From assembly GCA_015658775.1 (NCBI GenBank), contig DQOF01000046.1:1-55222 (forward strand): a stretch of DNA of 55,222 nt, read 5' to 3'. Every line of letters starts with the position of its first letter. Position 1 is the stretch's first letter. Shown piece by piece: positions 10,547-18,620 of this stretch. The translations under genes were made by a program, and so were the position numbers. The notes beneath the pieces were generated by a model, which was given only the letters and a program-made list of their open reading frames with translations, ran no database searches and was not told where the DNA came from. The DNA comes from Acidimicrobiia bacterium. Lineage in GTDB: Bacteria > Actinomycetota > Acidimicrobiia > Acidimicrobiales > MedAcidi-G1.

Positions 10547-10729
10547 AGATGAAACCCTACCCGCAAGTGCCCAACGCGCGCACCCACCACCCCGTCCTGC
10601 CTCCCCCGCTGTCACTGCCTCCACCGGCCCTTACCCGGTCGTCGCCGCTGCCGGACCGCCGGACGAGCGAGCGGGCCCGGCCCGGCGACGCAACCGTGGG
10701 ATCGCCAGCAGCAACCCGGTAGAAGCCAA

Positions 10730-11287
10730 CTAGGGAGGCGGCGAACCGGACCGCCGGACGAGCGTCACCTGGGGGTCCGGCCCCCCACCCGCGACCTCGC
10801 TGTAGCCGGCCCGTCGGGCCACGGCCAGGGACGCCACGTTGGCGGCATCCACCCGGGCCACGACGACGGACAGGCCCAATTGCCCGCCGAGGGCCCACCC
10901 GGTGAGCAGGGCCACGGCCTCGGTGGCGACTCCCCTGCCGCGGGCGTCGGCGGCCGTCCACCATCCGATCAACGCTGCCCCCCGCCGTTCGTCGAACGAT
11001 GAGAGGCCCACCTCGCCGACCACGGAACCGTCGGCGTCCACCACGGCGAGGTCGAGGGCCATGCGGCGCTCCCGCCTGAGGGCCTGGCCGGTGATCCAGA
11101 TCGAGGCCGCGTCGAGGCCGGTCTCCGCCGGCACCTCGGCCCACCTGCGAATCTCGGGATCGGCCCAGGCTGCCACCAGGGCCGGTGCGTCGTCGGTCCG
11201 CCATGGCCGTAGGACGACACTCTCTCCCGTCAGCGGCGGGGAGGGGAGGGTCAGGCCGACCGGCGTCTTGGTCACGGGCTTCTTCAC
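10730..11287 (-). CDS. GNAT-family N-acetyltransferase (RimJ/RimL-like)
   Basis: Contains VVLRPWRTDDAPALVAAWADPEIRRW...GEVGLS......A.IGWW.AADARGRGVATEAV..L..WA.....L..V.ARVD..N.AS..VARRAGY, the typical Acetyltransf_3 pattern. Confidence 0.8.
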   Translation of the reverse strand: MKKPVTKTPVGLTLPSPPLTGESVVLRPWRTDDAPALVAAWADPEIRRWAEVPAETGLDAASIWITGQALRRERRMALDLAVVDADGSVVGEVGLSSFDERRGAALIGWWTAADARGRGVATEAVALLTGWALGGQLGLSVVVARVDAANVASLAVARRAGYSEVAGGGPDPQVTLVRRSGSPPP

Positions 11288-11314
11288 GGGCCGTAGATCA
11301 GGCTGGTGCGTCCA

Positions 11315-11749
11315 TCAGGTGTCCGGGCGCAGTTCCTCGGCGATGCGCGAGACCACGCCGTTGACGAATCTCCCCGAGCGCTCGGTCGAGTAGTCGGCGA
11401 CGAGGGCCACCACCTCGGCCAGCACCGCGGATGTCGGCACGTCGGCCCTGTAGCCCAACTCGAACACCGCCATGCGGACCAGCGACAGGTCGACTCTCGG
11501 CATCCGGTCGGTGCGCCAGCCCTCGGCGAAGCGGTCGATCAGCTCGTCGATCTCGACGATGTGCTCTGCGACGCCCTCGACCAGTTCGATGGTGTAGTCC
11601 TCGTGCTGAACGGGCTGGTCGGCCAGCACCTCGAGTGGATCCGAGCCGCGGCTGTCGGCGGCGTACAGCACTCCCAGGGCCGTCTCGCGTGCCTCCCGTC
11701 GGGAACCGATCGCGTCGGCCGGATTCCTGTCCCCCGACTGCCCTCCCAA
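11315..11749 (-). CDS. nusB: Transcription antitermination factor NusB
   Basis: Contains SRREARETALGVLYAAD.......RMAVFELGYRADVPTSAVLAEVVALVADYSTERSGRFVNGVVSRIA. Confidence 0.92.
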   Translation of the reverse strand: MGGQSGDRNPADAIGSRREARETALGVLYAADSRGSDPLEVLADQPVQHEDYTIELVEGVAEHIVEIDELIDRFAEGWRTDRMPRVDLSLVRMAVFELGYRADVPTSAVLAEVVALVADYSTERSGRFVNGVVSRIAEELRPDT

Positions 11750-11780
11750 TGCCCGTCCTCCGGCTTCGGCCCTACGGCCC

Positions 11781-12344
11781 TCAGACCCTGCTCAGGTACT
11801 CGCCGGAACGGGTGTCGACCTTGACCCGCTCGCCCTGTTCGATGAACAGCGGCACAGAGACGACGAGTCCCGTCTCGAGGGTGGCCGGCTTTCGGGCGCC
11901 CGAGACGCGGTCGCCCTGGAGGCCCGGTTCCGTCTCGGCGATCGTCAACTCGACGGATGCCGGCAGGTCGACGCCTATGACGTCGTCGCCGTACATGAGC
12001 AGCAGCGCGGTGCTCTGCTCCACGAGGTAGTCGGCGGCATCGCCGAGGGTGGCGGGGCTGACCGGCATCTGGTCGTAGGTGTCGGTGTCCATGAACACGT
12101 AGTCGGTGCCGTCGCGGTACAGGAACTGCATGGACCTCTTGTCGATGAACGCCCTCTCCACCTTCTCGCCGGCCCGGAACGTGCGGTCCACCACGGCGCC
12201 GGTGCGTGAGTTCTTGAGCGTGGTGCGGACGAAGGCGTGTCCCTTGCCGGGCTTGACGTGCTGGAACTCGACGACCTGGTAGAGGTTGTCGTCGATCTCG
12301 AGTGTCATCCCGTTCTTCAGGTCGTTGGTGGTGATGATGGGCAT
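11781..12344 (-). CDS. efp: Elongation factor P
   Basis: 187 aa: [47 protein letters not shown]... Confidence 0.97.
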   Translation of the reverse strand: MPIITTNDLKNGMTLEIDDNLYQVVEFQHVKPGKGHAFVRTTLKNSRTGAVVDRTFRAGEKVERAFIDKRSMQFLYRDGTDYVFMDTDTYDQMPVSPATLGDAADYLVEQSTALLLMYGDDVIGVDLPASVELTIAETEPGLQGDRVSGARKPATLETGLVVSVPLFIEQGERVKVDTRSGEYLSRV

Positions 12345-12407
12345 GTTCCGGGCTCGCTGTCGGCTTGTTCGCTGTGGTGGCCGTTCCCCGCCGAGCGGTG
12401 GGTGTGC

Positions 12408-13520
12408 TCAGACGGTGCTGGGTGACCGGGTGAGACGGCGGCAGCCACCGTCTGTGACCACCACAGTGTCCTCCCAGCGGACCCCACCGACTCCGGCTAT
12501 GTACACGCCGGGTTCTACGGTGACGACCTGACCGGAACGCAGGGTAGCAGTCGCCGATCCGTACACCGCCGGGCCCTCGTGGATGTCGAGCCCGACCCCG
12601 TGGCCGGTGCCGTGTGGGAAGGCGTCGCCCAGTCCGGCCGAGGTCAGCACGTCGCGACAGGTGGCGTCGACGACGGCAGCGGGCACGCCGTCGGCCACGG
12701 CCGCCATCCCGGCGACCTGCGCCTCGAGCACCACGGTGAGCATCTCGGCCTCCCTGCCTGTACCGGTGCCTCCGATCCGGGTCGACCGCGTCATGTCGGA
12801 GCGGTAGCCGTCGACGATTGCCCCCATGTCGCAGACCACAAGGTCGCCGTGTGTCATGGGTCGCGACCCCGGCCGGGCGTGCGGGCGGGCACTGTTGGGG
12901 CCGCCGGCCACGATCGTCTCGAAGGCCCGGTCTGACGCGCCGCGGCGTCGCATGGCCTCGTCCAGGGCCGACGCGACCTCCTGCTCGGTGGGCCGGGTCT
13001 CGAGCATCGGCCAGACCTCGGCCAGGGCGCTGTCGGCGATTGAGGCTGCGGCCTCCATCCGGGCCAGCTCGCCTTCGTCCTTGATCTCGCGCAGGCCTTC
13101 TACGAGGCCGGCGGTTGCGACCAGGTCGGCGTCGCTGAACCAGTCGGCGAACCGTCGCTGGTCGGCCCAGGTGGCCGAGCCGGCCTCCAGTCCGAGGCGG
13201 GTTCCACGCTGGACCAGCGGCGTGAGCACAGCCCGCTGGTCGGCTCCGGCGATCTGTACCTCCACATCCACTCCGGCCGACGCCACCTCCTGCGGCGCCT
13301 GGTCCCGGTAGCGGCCGTCGGTCACCAGGACGCACCGGTCGGCGTCGACCCAGAGCAGGCCGGCGGACCCCGTGAAGCCGGTCAGGTAGCCGATGTTGGT
13401 CGTCGAGGTGACGAGCAGGGCGTCGCAGCCTGCGCCGTCGAGGCGGGCACGCAGCCGGTCCAGGCGGAGGGCGACCTCCATCGGCGGCAGCACCGGCCCG
13501 CCCGGGGCGGGACGGGTCAT
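12408..13520 (-). CDS. pepQ: M24B Xaa-Pro aminopeptidase/dipeptidase
   Basis: Creatinase-like N-domain plus metal ligands: VVCDMGA..DGYRSDMTRS, HGTGHGVGLDIHEGP, VVTVEPGVY...GGVRWEDTVVVT. ATGA overlap with the aroQ stop. Confidence 0.88.
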   Translation of the reverse strand: MTRPAPGGPVLPPMEVALRLDRLRARLDGAGCDALLVTSTTNIGYLTGFTGSAGLLWVDADRCVLVTDGRYRDQAPQEVASAGVDVEVQIAGADQRAVLTPLVQRGTRLGLEAGSATWADQRRFADWFSDADLVATAGLVEGLREIKDEGELARMEAAASIADSALAEVWPMLETRPTEQEVASALDEAMRRRGASDRAFETIVAGGPNSARPHARPGSRPMTHGDLVVCDMGAIVDGYRSDMTRSTRIGGTGTGREAEMLTVVLEAQVAGMAAVADGVPAAVVDATCRDVLTSAGLGDAFPHGTGHGVGLDIHEGPAVYGSATATLRSGQVVTVEPGVYIAGVGGVRWEDTVVVTDGGCRRLTRSPSTV

Positions 13521-13960
13521 CGGTCGAGAAGCGAGGCGACGGCGTCCACGGCCAGCCGGTACCCGTCACTCCCGAAGCCTGCGATCGTGCCCGCTGCCAC
13601 GGGAGCCACCACCGATGTGTGGCGCCACGGCTCCCGGGTAGCGGGGTTCGACAGGTGGACCTCGACGACGGGGCCGTCGAATGCGGCCAGGGCATCGTGG
13701 ATGGCCCATGCGTAGTGGGTGAAGGCGCCCGGGTTGATCACGATGGCTGCGCACCTGCCGCGGGCGCCGTGGACGGCGTCCACGAGCTCGCCCTCGTGGT
13801 TGGATTGCAGGTGCTCGACGACGAGCCCGTGGACGGCGGCGGCGGCACGGGCCACCTCAACGTGGTCGTCGAGGGTGGCCGATCCGTAGACCTCGGGTTC
13901 CCGCTCACCGAGCAGGTTCAGGTTCGGCCCCGACAGCAACAACACCAGTTGTGCGCTCAT
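13517..13960 (-). CDS. aroQ: Type II 3-dehydroquinate dehydratase
   Basis: Contains LLLSGPNLNLLGEREPEVYG..TL......SNHEGELVD......INPGAFTHY.WAI.DAL......VEVHLSN...RE.WRH.S. Confidence 0.95.
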   Translation of the reverse strand: MSAQLVLLLSGPNLNLLGEREPEVYGSATLDDHVEVARAAAAVHGLVVEHLQSNHEGELVDAVHGARGRCAAIVINPGAFTHYAWAIHDALAAFDGPVVEVHLSNPATREPWRHTSVVAPVAAGTIAGFGSDGYRLAVDAVASLLDR

Positions 13961-13988
13961 GGCTCACGACTCCTCTCGCTCCTCCGAC

Positions 13989-14990
13989 TCATCTCACCCT
14001 CCCCAGGGTCACCCTCACCAGGTCCACGTCCACGCCGGGGACCGGCTCGACGCCATCAGGGCCGTCCAGCACGAAGGTGAGGCCGTCCACCGCCTTCTTG
14101 TCCCGAGCCATGGCTGCCAGTAGCTCGTCGTCGCCCGCACCGTCGGGCAGCGCCCCCGGCAGGCCGTACAGGCCGACGATGCGGCGGTGCTCAGCCACCC
14201 GGTCGTCGTCGATGCGTCCCATGGCCGCGGCCAGTTCGGCGGCGAACACCAGTCCCACCGCCACAGCCTCGCCGTGGCGCATGTCGTAGCCGCCTGTCGT
14301 CTCGATTGCGTGTCCGAGGGTGTGTCCGTAGTTGAGCACGGCCCTGCGGCCCGCCTCACGCTCGTCGGCGGCCACGACCTCGGCCTTGATCTCCACGCAC
14401 CGGGCCACCTGCTCGTCGATGTCGAGGTCCTCCAGCCCCTCCCCGCCCAGGAAGTGGTACTTGGCCATCTCGCCCCGGCCGCAACGCATCTCGCGCTCCG
14501 GGAGGGTGGCGAGGGTGTCGGTGTCGCAGAGGACCGCGGTCGGCTGCCAGAACGCCCCGACCAGGTTCTTGCCCTCGGGCAGGTTCACGCCGGTCTTGCC
14601 GCCGATGGCCGCGTCGATCTGGGCCAGCAGCGTCGTGGCCACGTGCACGACGGCCACCCCACGGTGGTAGCCGGCGGCTGCGAAGCCGGCCACGTCGGTC
14701 ACCACTCCCCCTCCGACTCCCACCACCGCATCGGCCCTGGTGAGGCCCCAGCGGGCAAAGCCGCTGCACAGGTCCCCGATGGTGGCGAGCGTCTTGGCCG
14801 CCTCGCCGTCCGGGATCGTGAAGACCCTGTGCTCGACCCCGGGATCCACCTGCACCCCGATGCCGGCCTGGGTCACGATGGCCACGCGTGCCGGAGCCGG
14901 AAGCACGTCCGCAAGCCGGTCGATGGCGCCGGATCCGATGACCACCGGGTACGAGCGCCCGCCGGCAAGAGGCACTTCGACGGTGATCAT
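13989..14990 (-). CDS. aroB: 3-dehydroquinate synthase
   Basis: Contains YPVVIG.G......GGGVVTDVAGFAAA.YHRGV..VHV.TTLLAQIDAAIGGKTGVN...GKN.VGAF.QP......LNYGHTLGHAIE. Confidence 0.95.
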   Translation of the reverse strand: MITVEVPLAGGRSYPVVIGSGAIDRLADVLPAPARVAIVTQAGIGVQVDPGVEHRVFTIPDGEAAKTLATIGDLCSGFARWGLTRADAVVGVGGGVVTDVAGFAAAGYHRGVAVVHVATTLLAQIDAAIGGKTGVNLPEGKNLVGAFWQPTAVLCDTDTLATLPEREMRCGRGEMAKYHFLGGEGLEDLDIDEQVARCVEIKAEVVAADEREAGRRAVLNYGHTLGHAIETTGGYDMRHGEAVAVGLVFAAELAAAMGRIDDDRVAEHRRIVGLYGLPGALPDGAGDDELLAAMARDKKAVDGLTFVLDGPDGVEPVPGVDVDLVRVTLGRVR

Positions 14991-15535
14991 GTGGACACCG
15001 GGTCGGGCAGCGCCGCCACGACCCTGTCGGCCACCTCGTCGACGGAGAGGTCGTCGGTGTCGACTATGACGTCGGCTGCGGCCAGGTAGGCGGGGCCCCT
15101 CAGCACGGACAACTCACCGAGCACCTCGACGGGTTCGCCTGCCTGGAGGAGTGGCCGTCCGACACCGTCGCCGACCCGCTCGGCCAGGGTCTCGGGGCGG
15201 GCACGCAGCCATACCACCACTGCGCGATCGGCAAGGCTCAGGCGGTTGGCCTCGCGCAGGAGCACACCGCCGCCAGTGGACAAGACGACCGGTTCATCGT
15301 CCGCCAACACGGCGGCCAGCGTCGACTGCTCTGCGTCACGGAACCCCTCCTCGCCCAGTTCGGCGAAGAGAACCCCTATCGAACGGCCGACCCCGGCCGT
15401 CACCGCGACGTCCAGGTCGACGTGCCGCACGTCGCGGAGGTCGGCCAGTTCCCTGCCCACGGCGCTCTTGCCGGCGCCCATGAGGCCCACGAGGGCCAGG
15501 TGGGGACGGCCGGGCGGTTCCGGTGGACGGGACAT
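14987..15535 (-). CDS. aroK: Shikimate kinase
   Basis: P-loop LVGLMGAGKSAVGRELA, then FRDAE...LSTGGG. ATGA overlap with the aroB start. Confidence 0.93.
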   Translation of the reverse strand: MSRPPEPPGRPHLALVGLMGAGKSAVGRELADLRDVRHVDLDVAVTAGVGRSIGVLFAELGEEGFRDAEQSTLAAVLADDEPVVLSTGGGVLLREANRLSLADRAVVVWLRARPETLAERVGDGVGRPLLQAGEPVEVLGELSVLRGPAYLAAADVIVDTDDLSVDEVADRVVAALPDPVST

Positions 15536-16044
15536 CCCGACAGGCTACCGATGACGCCCCCTCGGCTCAGGTGAATACCAGCACAAGCAGGGTCCCGGCC
15601 CCGAGCCACGGTCCGAATGCCAGTGGCGGCGGGTAGCGGGCGGCGGCGCATCACTACGGCCTGCACCGCGCAGCCGACCAGGGCCAGGACCGATGCCAGC
15701 AGGAGGGCGAGCAGCACCCCACCGACCACTCCCCCGCCGGACACCCAGCCGATCTGCCATCCCAGTGGCACGCCCAGCTTCACGTCGCCGCCGCCGAGGC
15801 CGGCAGGTGCCGCCATTCGTACCGCCAACAGGAGGCCGCCGTAGAGCAGGGCGCCGGCACCGGCCCAGGCCGGGCCGACGAACCGCCGGTCCAGGGCCGC
15901 CGAGGCAGTGTCGATGACCACGAGGCCGACCAGGGTGGCCAGCACCATGCTGTCCGGTAGCCGCCTGGTGCGCAGGTCGACCAATGACAGGGCCACCAGC
16001 CAGCAGCCCAGCCAGAGCAGGGCGGCCCATTGGTCGGCCGACAC
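15400..16044 (-). CDS. A24-family (TadV/CpaA-like, short) prepilin peptidase; 3' end out of family frame (apparent 1-nt indel near 15637..15648)
   Basis: Both A24 catalytic Asp motifs are present: SLVDLRTRRLPD and LGGGDVKLG. After ...AVVMRRR the listed frame becomes nonsense-like and overlaps aroK by 136 nt. The adjacent frame (15650..15570) reads ...RYPPPLAFGPWLGAGTLLVLVFT and stops at 15569..15567. The homology-supported span is therefore 15567..16044. Confidence 0.7.
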   Translation of the reverse strand: MSADQWAALLWLGCWLVALSLVDLRTRRLPDSMVLATLVGLVVIDTASAALDRRFVGPAWAGAGALLYGGLLLAVRMAAPAGLGGGDVKLGVPLGWQIGWVSGGGVVGGVLLALLLASVLALVGCAVQAVVMRRRPLPAATGIRTVARGRDPACAGIHLSRGGVIGSLSGCPVHRNRPAVPTWPSWASWAPARAPWAGNWPTSATCGTSTWTSR

Positions 16045-16061
16045 GCCGGCGCTGCGTGGTG

Positions 16062-16931
16062 TCAGTCTGCCCCACGGGCCGTGAGCGCGGCCCGTGCGGC
16101 CGATTCCATGGCCGCCACCGGTGCCTCCTCCCCCGTCCAGAGGGTGAAGGCCCGTGCGGCCTGGAAGAGCAGCATCGAGAGGCCGTGGTGGGCCTCGATC
16201 CCATGTGACCGGAGCGCGTCAAGCCACGGGGTGGTGAGGGGGTGGTAGACGAGGTCGACGGCGACCTGGCCCGGGTTCAGCAGGCCGGGGTCCAGGGGCA
16301 TGGCCTCATCGCCGGGCTCCGAACCCATGCCGACGGGGGTGGCGTTGACCACGAGGTCGGCCCCCGCCACGGCCTCGGGTCCGGCGACACGACCGACACC
16401 GCCGGCGAGGGCGGCGGCGCTCTCCGCTCGTCCGGCCGTGCGGTTCAGGACCGCCACGTCCGCTGCTCCGGCGGCTCCCAGGGCGTGGACCACGGCGCGT
16501 GCAGCCCCCCCTGCGCCGACGACCACGGCGCGGCATCCGGCCGGGTCGAAACCGGCATCGTGGGCCAGCCCGTCGATGAAACCGCCACCGTCGGTGTTGT
16601 GTCCGATGAGGCGCCCGCCCTCCACGACCACACAGTTCACGGCGTCGAGCTGCCGGGCCGCCTCCGTCAACTCGTCGACCGCTGCGGCCACCGCCGCCTT
16701 GTGCGGCATCGTGACCGAGACGCCTGCGAACCCCAGCGCCCTGATTCCGTCGAGTGCGCGCACCGAGTCGCCGTCGGCCACCTCGAGTGCCACGCACATC
16801 CAGTCCAACCCGTGCTCGGCGAACGCCGCGTTCATGAGGACGGGTGAGAGGGAGTGGGCCACGGGCGCGCCGATGACCGCCGTGAGACGGGTGGTGCCGG
16901 TCACACCGGATAGTCGACCCTGGTCAGCCAC
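16062..16931 (-). CDS. aroE: Shikimate 5-dehydrogenase
   Basis: Contains VIGAPVAHSLSPVLMNAAF...GVSVTMPHK......DAVN.....GG.L.GHNTDG.GF and VVGAGGAARAV (Rossmann). Confidence 0.93.
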   Translation of the reverse strand: MADQGRLSGVTGTTRLTAVIGAPVAHSLSPVLMNAAFAEHGLDWMCVALEVADGDSVRALDGIRALGFAGVSVTMPHKAAVAAAVDELTEAARQLDAVNCVVVEGGRLIGHNTDGGGFIDGLAHDAGFDPAGCRAVVVGAGGAARAVVHALGAAGAADVAVLNRTAGRAESAAALAGGVGRVAGPEAVAGADLVVNATPVGMGSEPGDEAMPLDPGLLNPGQVAVDLVYHPLTTPWLDALRSHGIEAHHGLSMLLFQAARAFTLWTGEEAPVAAMESAARAALTARGAD

Positions 16932-18126
16932 AACCCAGATCCTTGTCTATGCAGATCCGCCGCGCTGTCTCGAATTCGGCAGGGGTCACGACGAAGGTGT
17001 GGCTGCCCACCACCCCGCCCTCGTCGGTCCTCACATAGTAGAGCCAGGGGCCGTCGACCGGGTTGAGGGCCGCCTCTAGGGAAGCGCGGCCCGGAGCGGA
17101 GATGGGCGAGGGTGGGAGGCCGGCAACCACCCGGGTGTTCCACCTGGACTGCACGGCGAAATCCTGGGCGTCGAGCGGTTCACCGGCCGTCTTGCCCACC
17201 GCGTAGCGCGTCGTGGCGTCGATTCCGAGCAACCAGCCCCTGTCCAGGCGGTTGTGGATCACGCGGCTGACCTTGGCCCGCTCAGCGTCGATCCGGGCCT
17301 CCTCCTCGATGAGCGACGCCAGGATCACGGCGTCGTACGGCGTGATGCCCAGGGCGGCCGAGCGGGTCTCGATGGCGAGGTCGTCGACCACCTTCAGGAA
17401 CTGGCGGTGCATGCGTATGAGCAGCCCCAGTTCGTCGCTGACCGTCGACTCGTCCAACTGGTAGGTGTCGGGGAACAACAGTCCCTCTACGTGCAGGGAG
17501 CGGATGTCGTCCGGATAGTGCTCCCAGACGAGCCGGTCGCTGGTCAGCGCCGCCCGCAGCTCCAACTCGTCGAAGGCGGGCAGCTGCTTCAGGACCCTGG
17601 CCACCATCTGGTTCAGGTTCATGCCCTCGGGCACGGTCACCCGGATGACGTCGACGGGCAACGGCCCCTCGGCCAGTCGGGATGTCGCCATCTCGAAGGT
17701 GAGGTGCTCCCGGAGCACGTAGTCGCCGGCCTGGAACGAGTACTCGACGCCGGCGGGACAGTCGATGAGCCACTGCATGGCCGACGGACACCGCATCCAC
17801 TGGCGGAACATGGCCGAGTTGTCGACCACCCCGGCATCGCCGAGGGCGAGGGCCACGTCACTGGTCGACCATCCCTCCTCGATTGTGAACTCGACCTCGT
17901 CTCCCGGCAGCGCCGTCGGGATCACCTGGTCGCTCACCCAGTCCATGAACATCCGGTAGCCGACGAGCATGGTGAAGAGGACGAGGAGGGCCACGAAGCC
18001 CCACCGGGGCACAGGCCCGAGGGTGGGACGATGGCGCACCCACCGTACATCCGGCCCCGGTTCCCCATCCGGCTCCGGGTCCCGGTCCACGGGGAGATGC
18101 CCGTCGTCCGGCTGACGGGAATCCAT
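16924..18126 (-). CDS. mltG: Endolytic murein transglycosylase MltG (YceG-like)
   Basis: From ATG 18126 (TGATG junction with ruvX): N-terminal TM helix WGFVALLVLFTMLVGY, then the YceG pattern ...LLFPDTYQL......ASLIEEEA....ERAKVSRVIHNRL......L.IDAT..Y......SRWNTR...GLPP.PI..PG..SL.AALNP. The 493-aa listed ORF is an upstream extension through ruvX. Confidence 0.88.
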   Translation of the reverse strand: MDSRQPDDGHLPVDRDPEPDGEPGPDVRWVRHRPTLGPVPRWGFVALLVLFTMLVGYRMFMDWVSDQVIPTALPGDEVEFTIEEGWSTSDVALALGDAGVVDNSAMFRQWMRCPSAMQWLIDCPAGVEYSFQAGDYVLREHLTFEMATSRLAEGPLPVDVIRVTVPEGMNLNQMVARVLKQLPAFDELELRAALTSDRLVWEHYPDDIRSLHVEGLLFPDTYQLDESTVSDELGLLIRMHRQFLKVVDDLAIETRSAALGITPYDAVILASLIEEEARIDAERAKVSRVIHNRLDRGWLLGIDATTRYAVGKTAGEPLDAQDFAVQSRWNTRVVAGLPPSPISAPGRASLEAALNPVDGPWLYYVRTDEGGVVGSHTFVVTPAEFETARRICIDKDLGCG

Positions 18127-18620
18127 CAGGCGGGCCCGGGCCCGGCCCGGCTGTCCAACCAGGACTGGAGCATCACGGTCGCTGCGACCTTGTCGACGAC
18201 GGCCCGCCGGGCCCTGCCGTCCAGGTCCTGCTCGCGCAGGTACCGCTCGGCGGTCACCGTGGTCAGGCGTTCGTCGTGGGTCTCGACAGGCACCGGGAGC
18301 ACGGCGCCCAACTCGTCGACCTCGGCGAGCATCGTCCGGGCCATCGGACCGATGGACCCGTCGAGCGAGTACGGGACGCCGACCACCACGATCTCGGCCT
18401 CCCACTCGTCCACCAGGGTTGCCAGGGCGCGGTGGTCGCGCTTCCTGTTTCGGGTGCGGTGGACGACGTCCACGGGCGTTGCCAGGCGACCGTCACCGTC
18501 GCTCACCGACACCCCGATCCGCTTCGAACCCAGGTCCAGGCCGATGGCGCGCACAGGGACAGTTGCCGGGCGCCTAGCCGGCGAGGGCCGCAGCCCGCGC
18601 CTGCTCGAGCGCCTCGGCAA
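18126..18620 (-). CDS. ruvX: Putative pre-16S rRNA nuclease / Holliday junction resolvase-like YqgF (RuvX)
   Basis: Contains RAIGLDLGSKRIGVSVSD...LATPV......IVVVGVPYSLDGS.GP.A. TTG at 18620 has GGAG 4 nt upstream and overlaps the alaS 3' end by 47 nt. GTG at 18554 is an alternative without an SD. Confidence 0.88.
   Translation of the reverse strand: MPRRSSRRGLRPSPARRPATVPVRAIGLDLGSKRIGVSVSDGDGRLATPVDVVHRTRNRKRDHRALATLVDEWEAEIVVVGVPYSLDGSIGPMARTMLAEVDELGAVLPVPVETHDERLTTVTAERYLREQDLDGRARRAVVDKVAATVMLQSWLDSRAGPGPA

Noticed and set aside
11539-13695. 718-aa minus-strand ORF spanning nusB, efp and pepQ in an alternative frame. The same type occurs at 51957..54218, 44892..46505, 28254..30428 (upstream part) and 31245..33083 (upstream part).
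   Set aside because: These are off-frame or read-through extensions of real genes. They are extremely Arg/Pro-rich and overlap well-supported CDS in another frame. The real starts are the internal ATG/GTG codons that sit at the stop codons of the upstream genes.
15567-15651. Programmed +1/-1 ribosomal frameshift as the explanation for the prepilin peptidase frame change.
   Set aside because: There is no slippery heptamer or downstream pseudoknot that I can see, and no precedent known to me in this family. An indel in the GC-repeat tract, real or technical, is the more economical explanation.
15545-16222. 225-aa minus-strand ORF overlapping the prepilin peptidase and the aroE 3' end.
   Set aside because: The translation is Arg/Gly/Pro-rich without motifs. 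It occupies a different frame from both the motif-bearing peptidase frame and the frame holding the family C-terminus.
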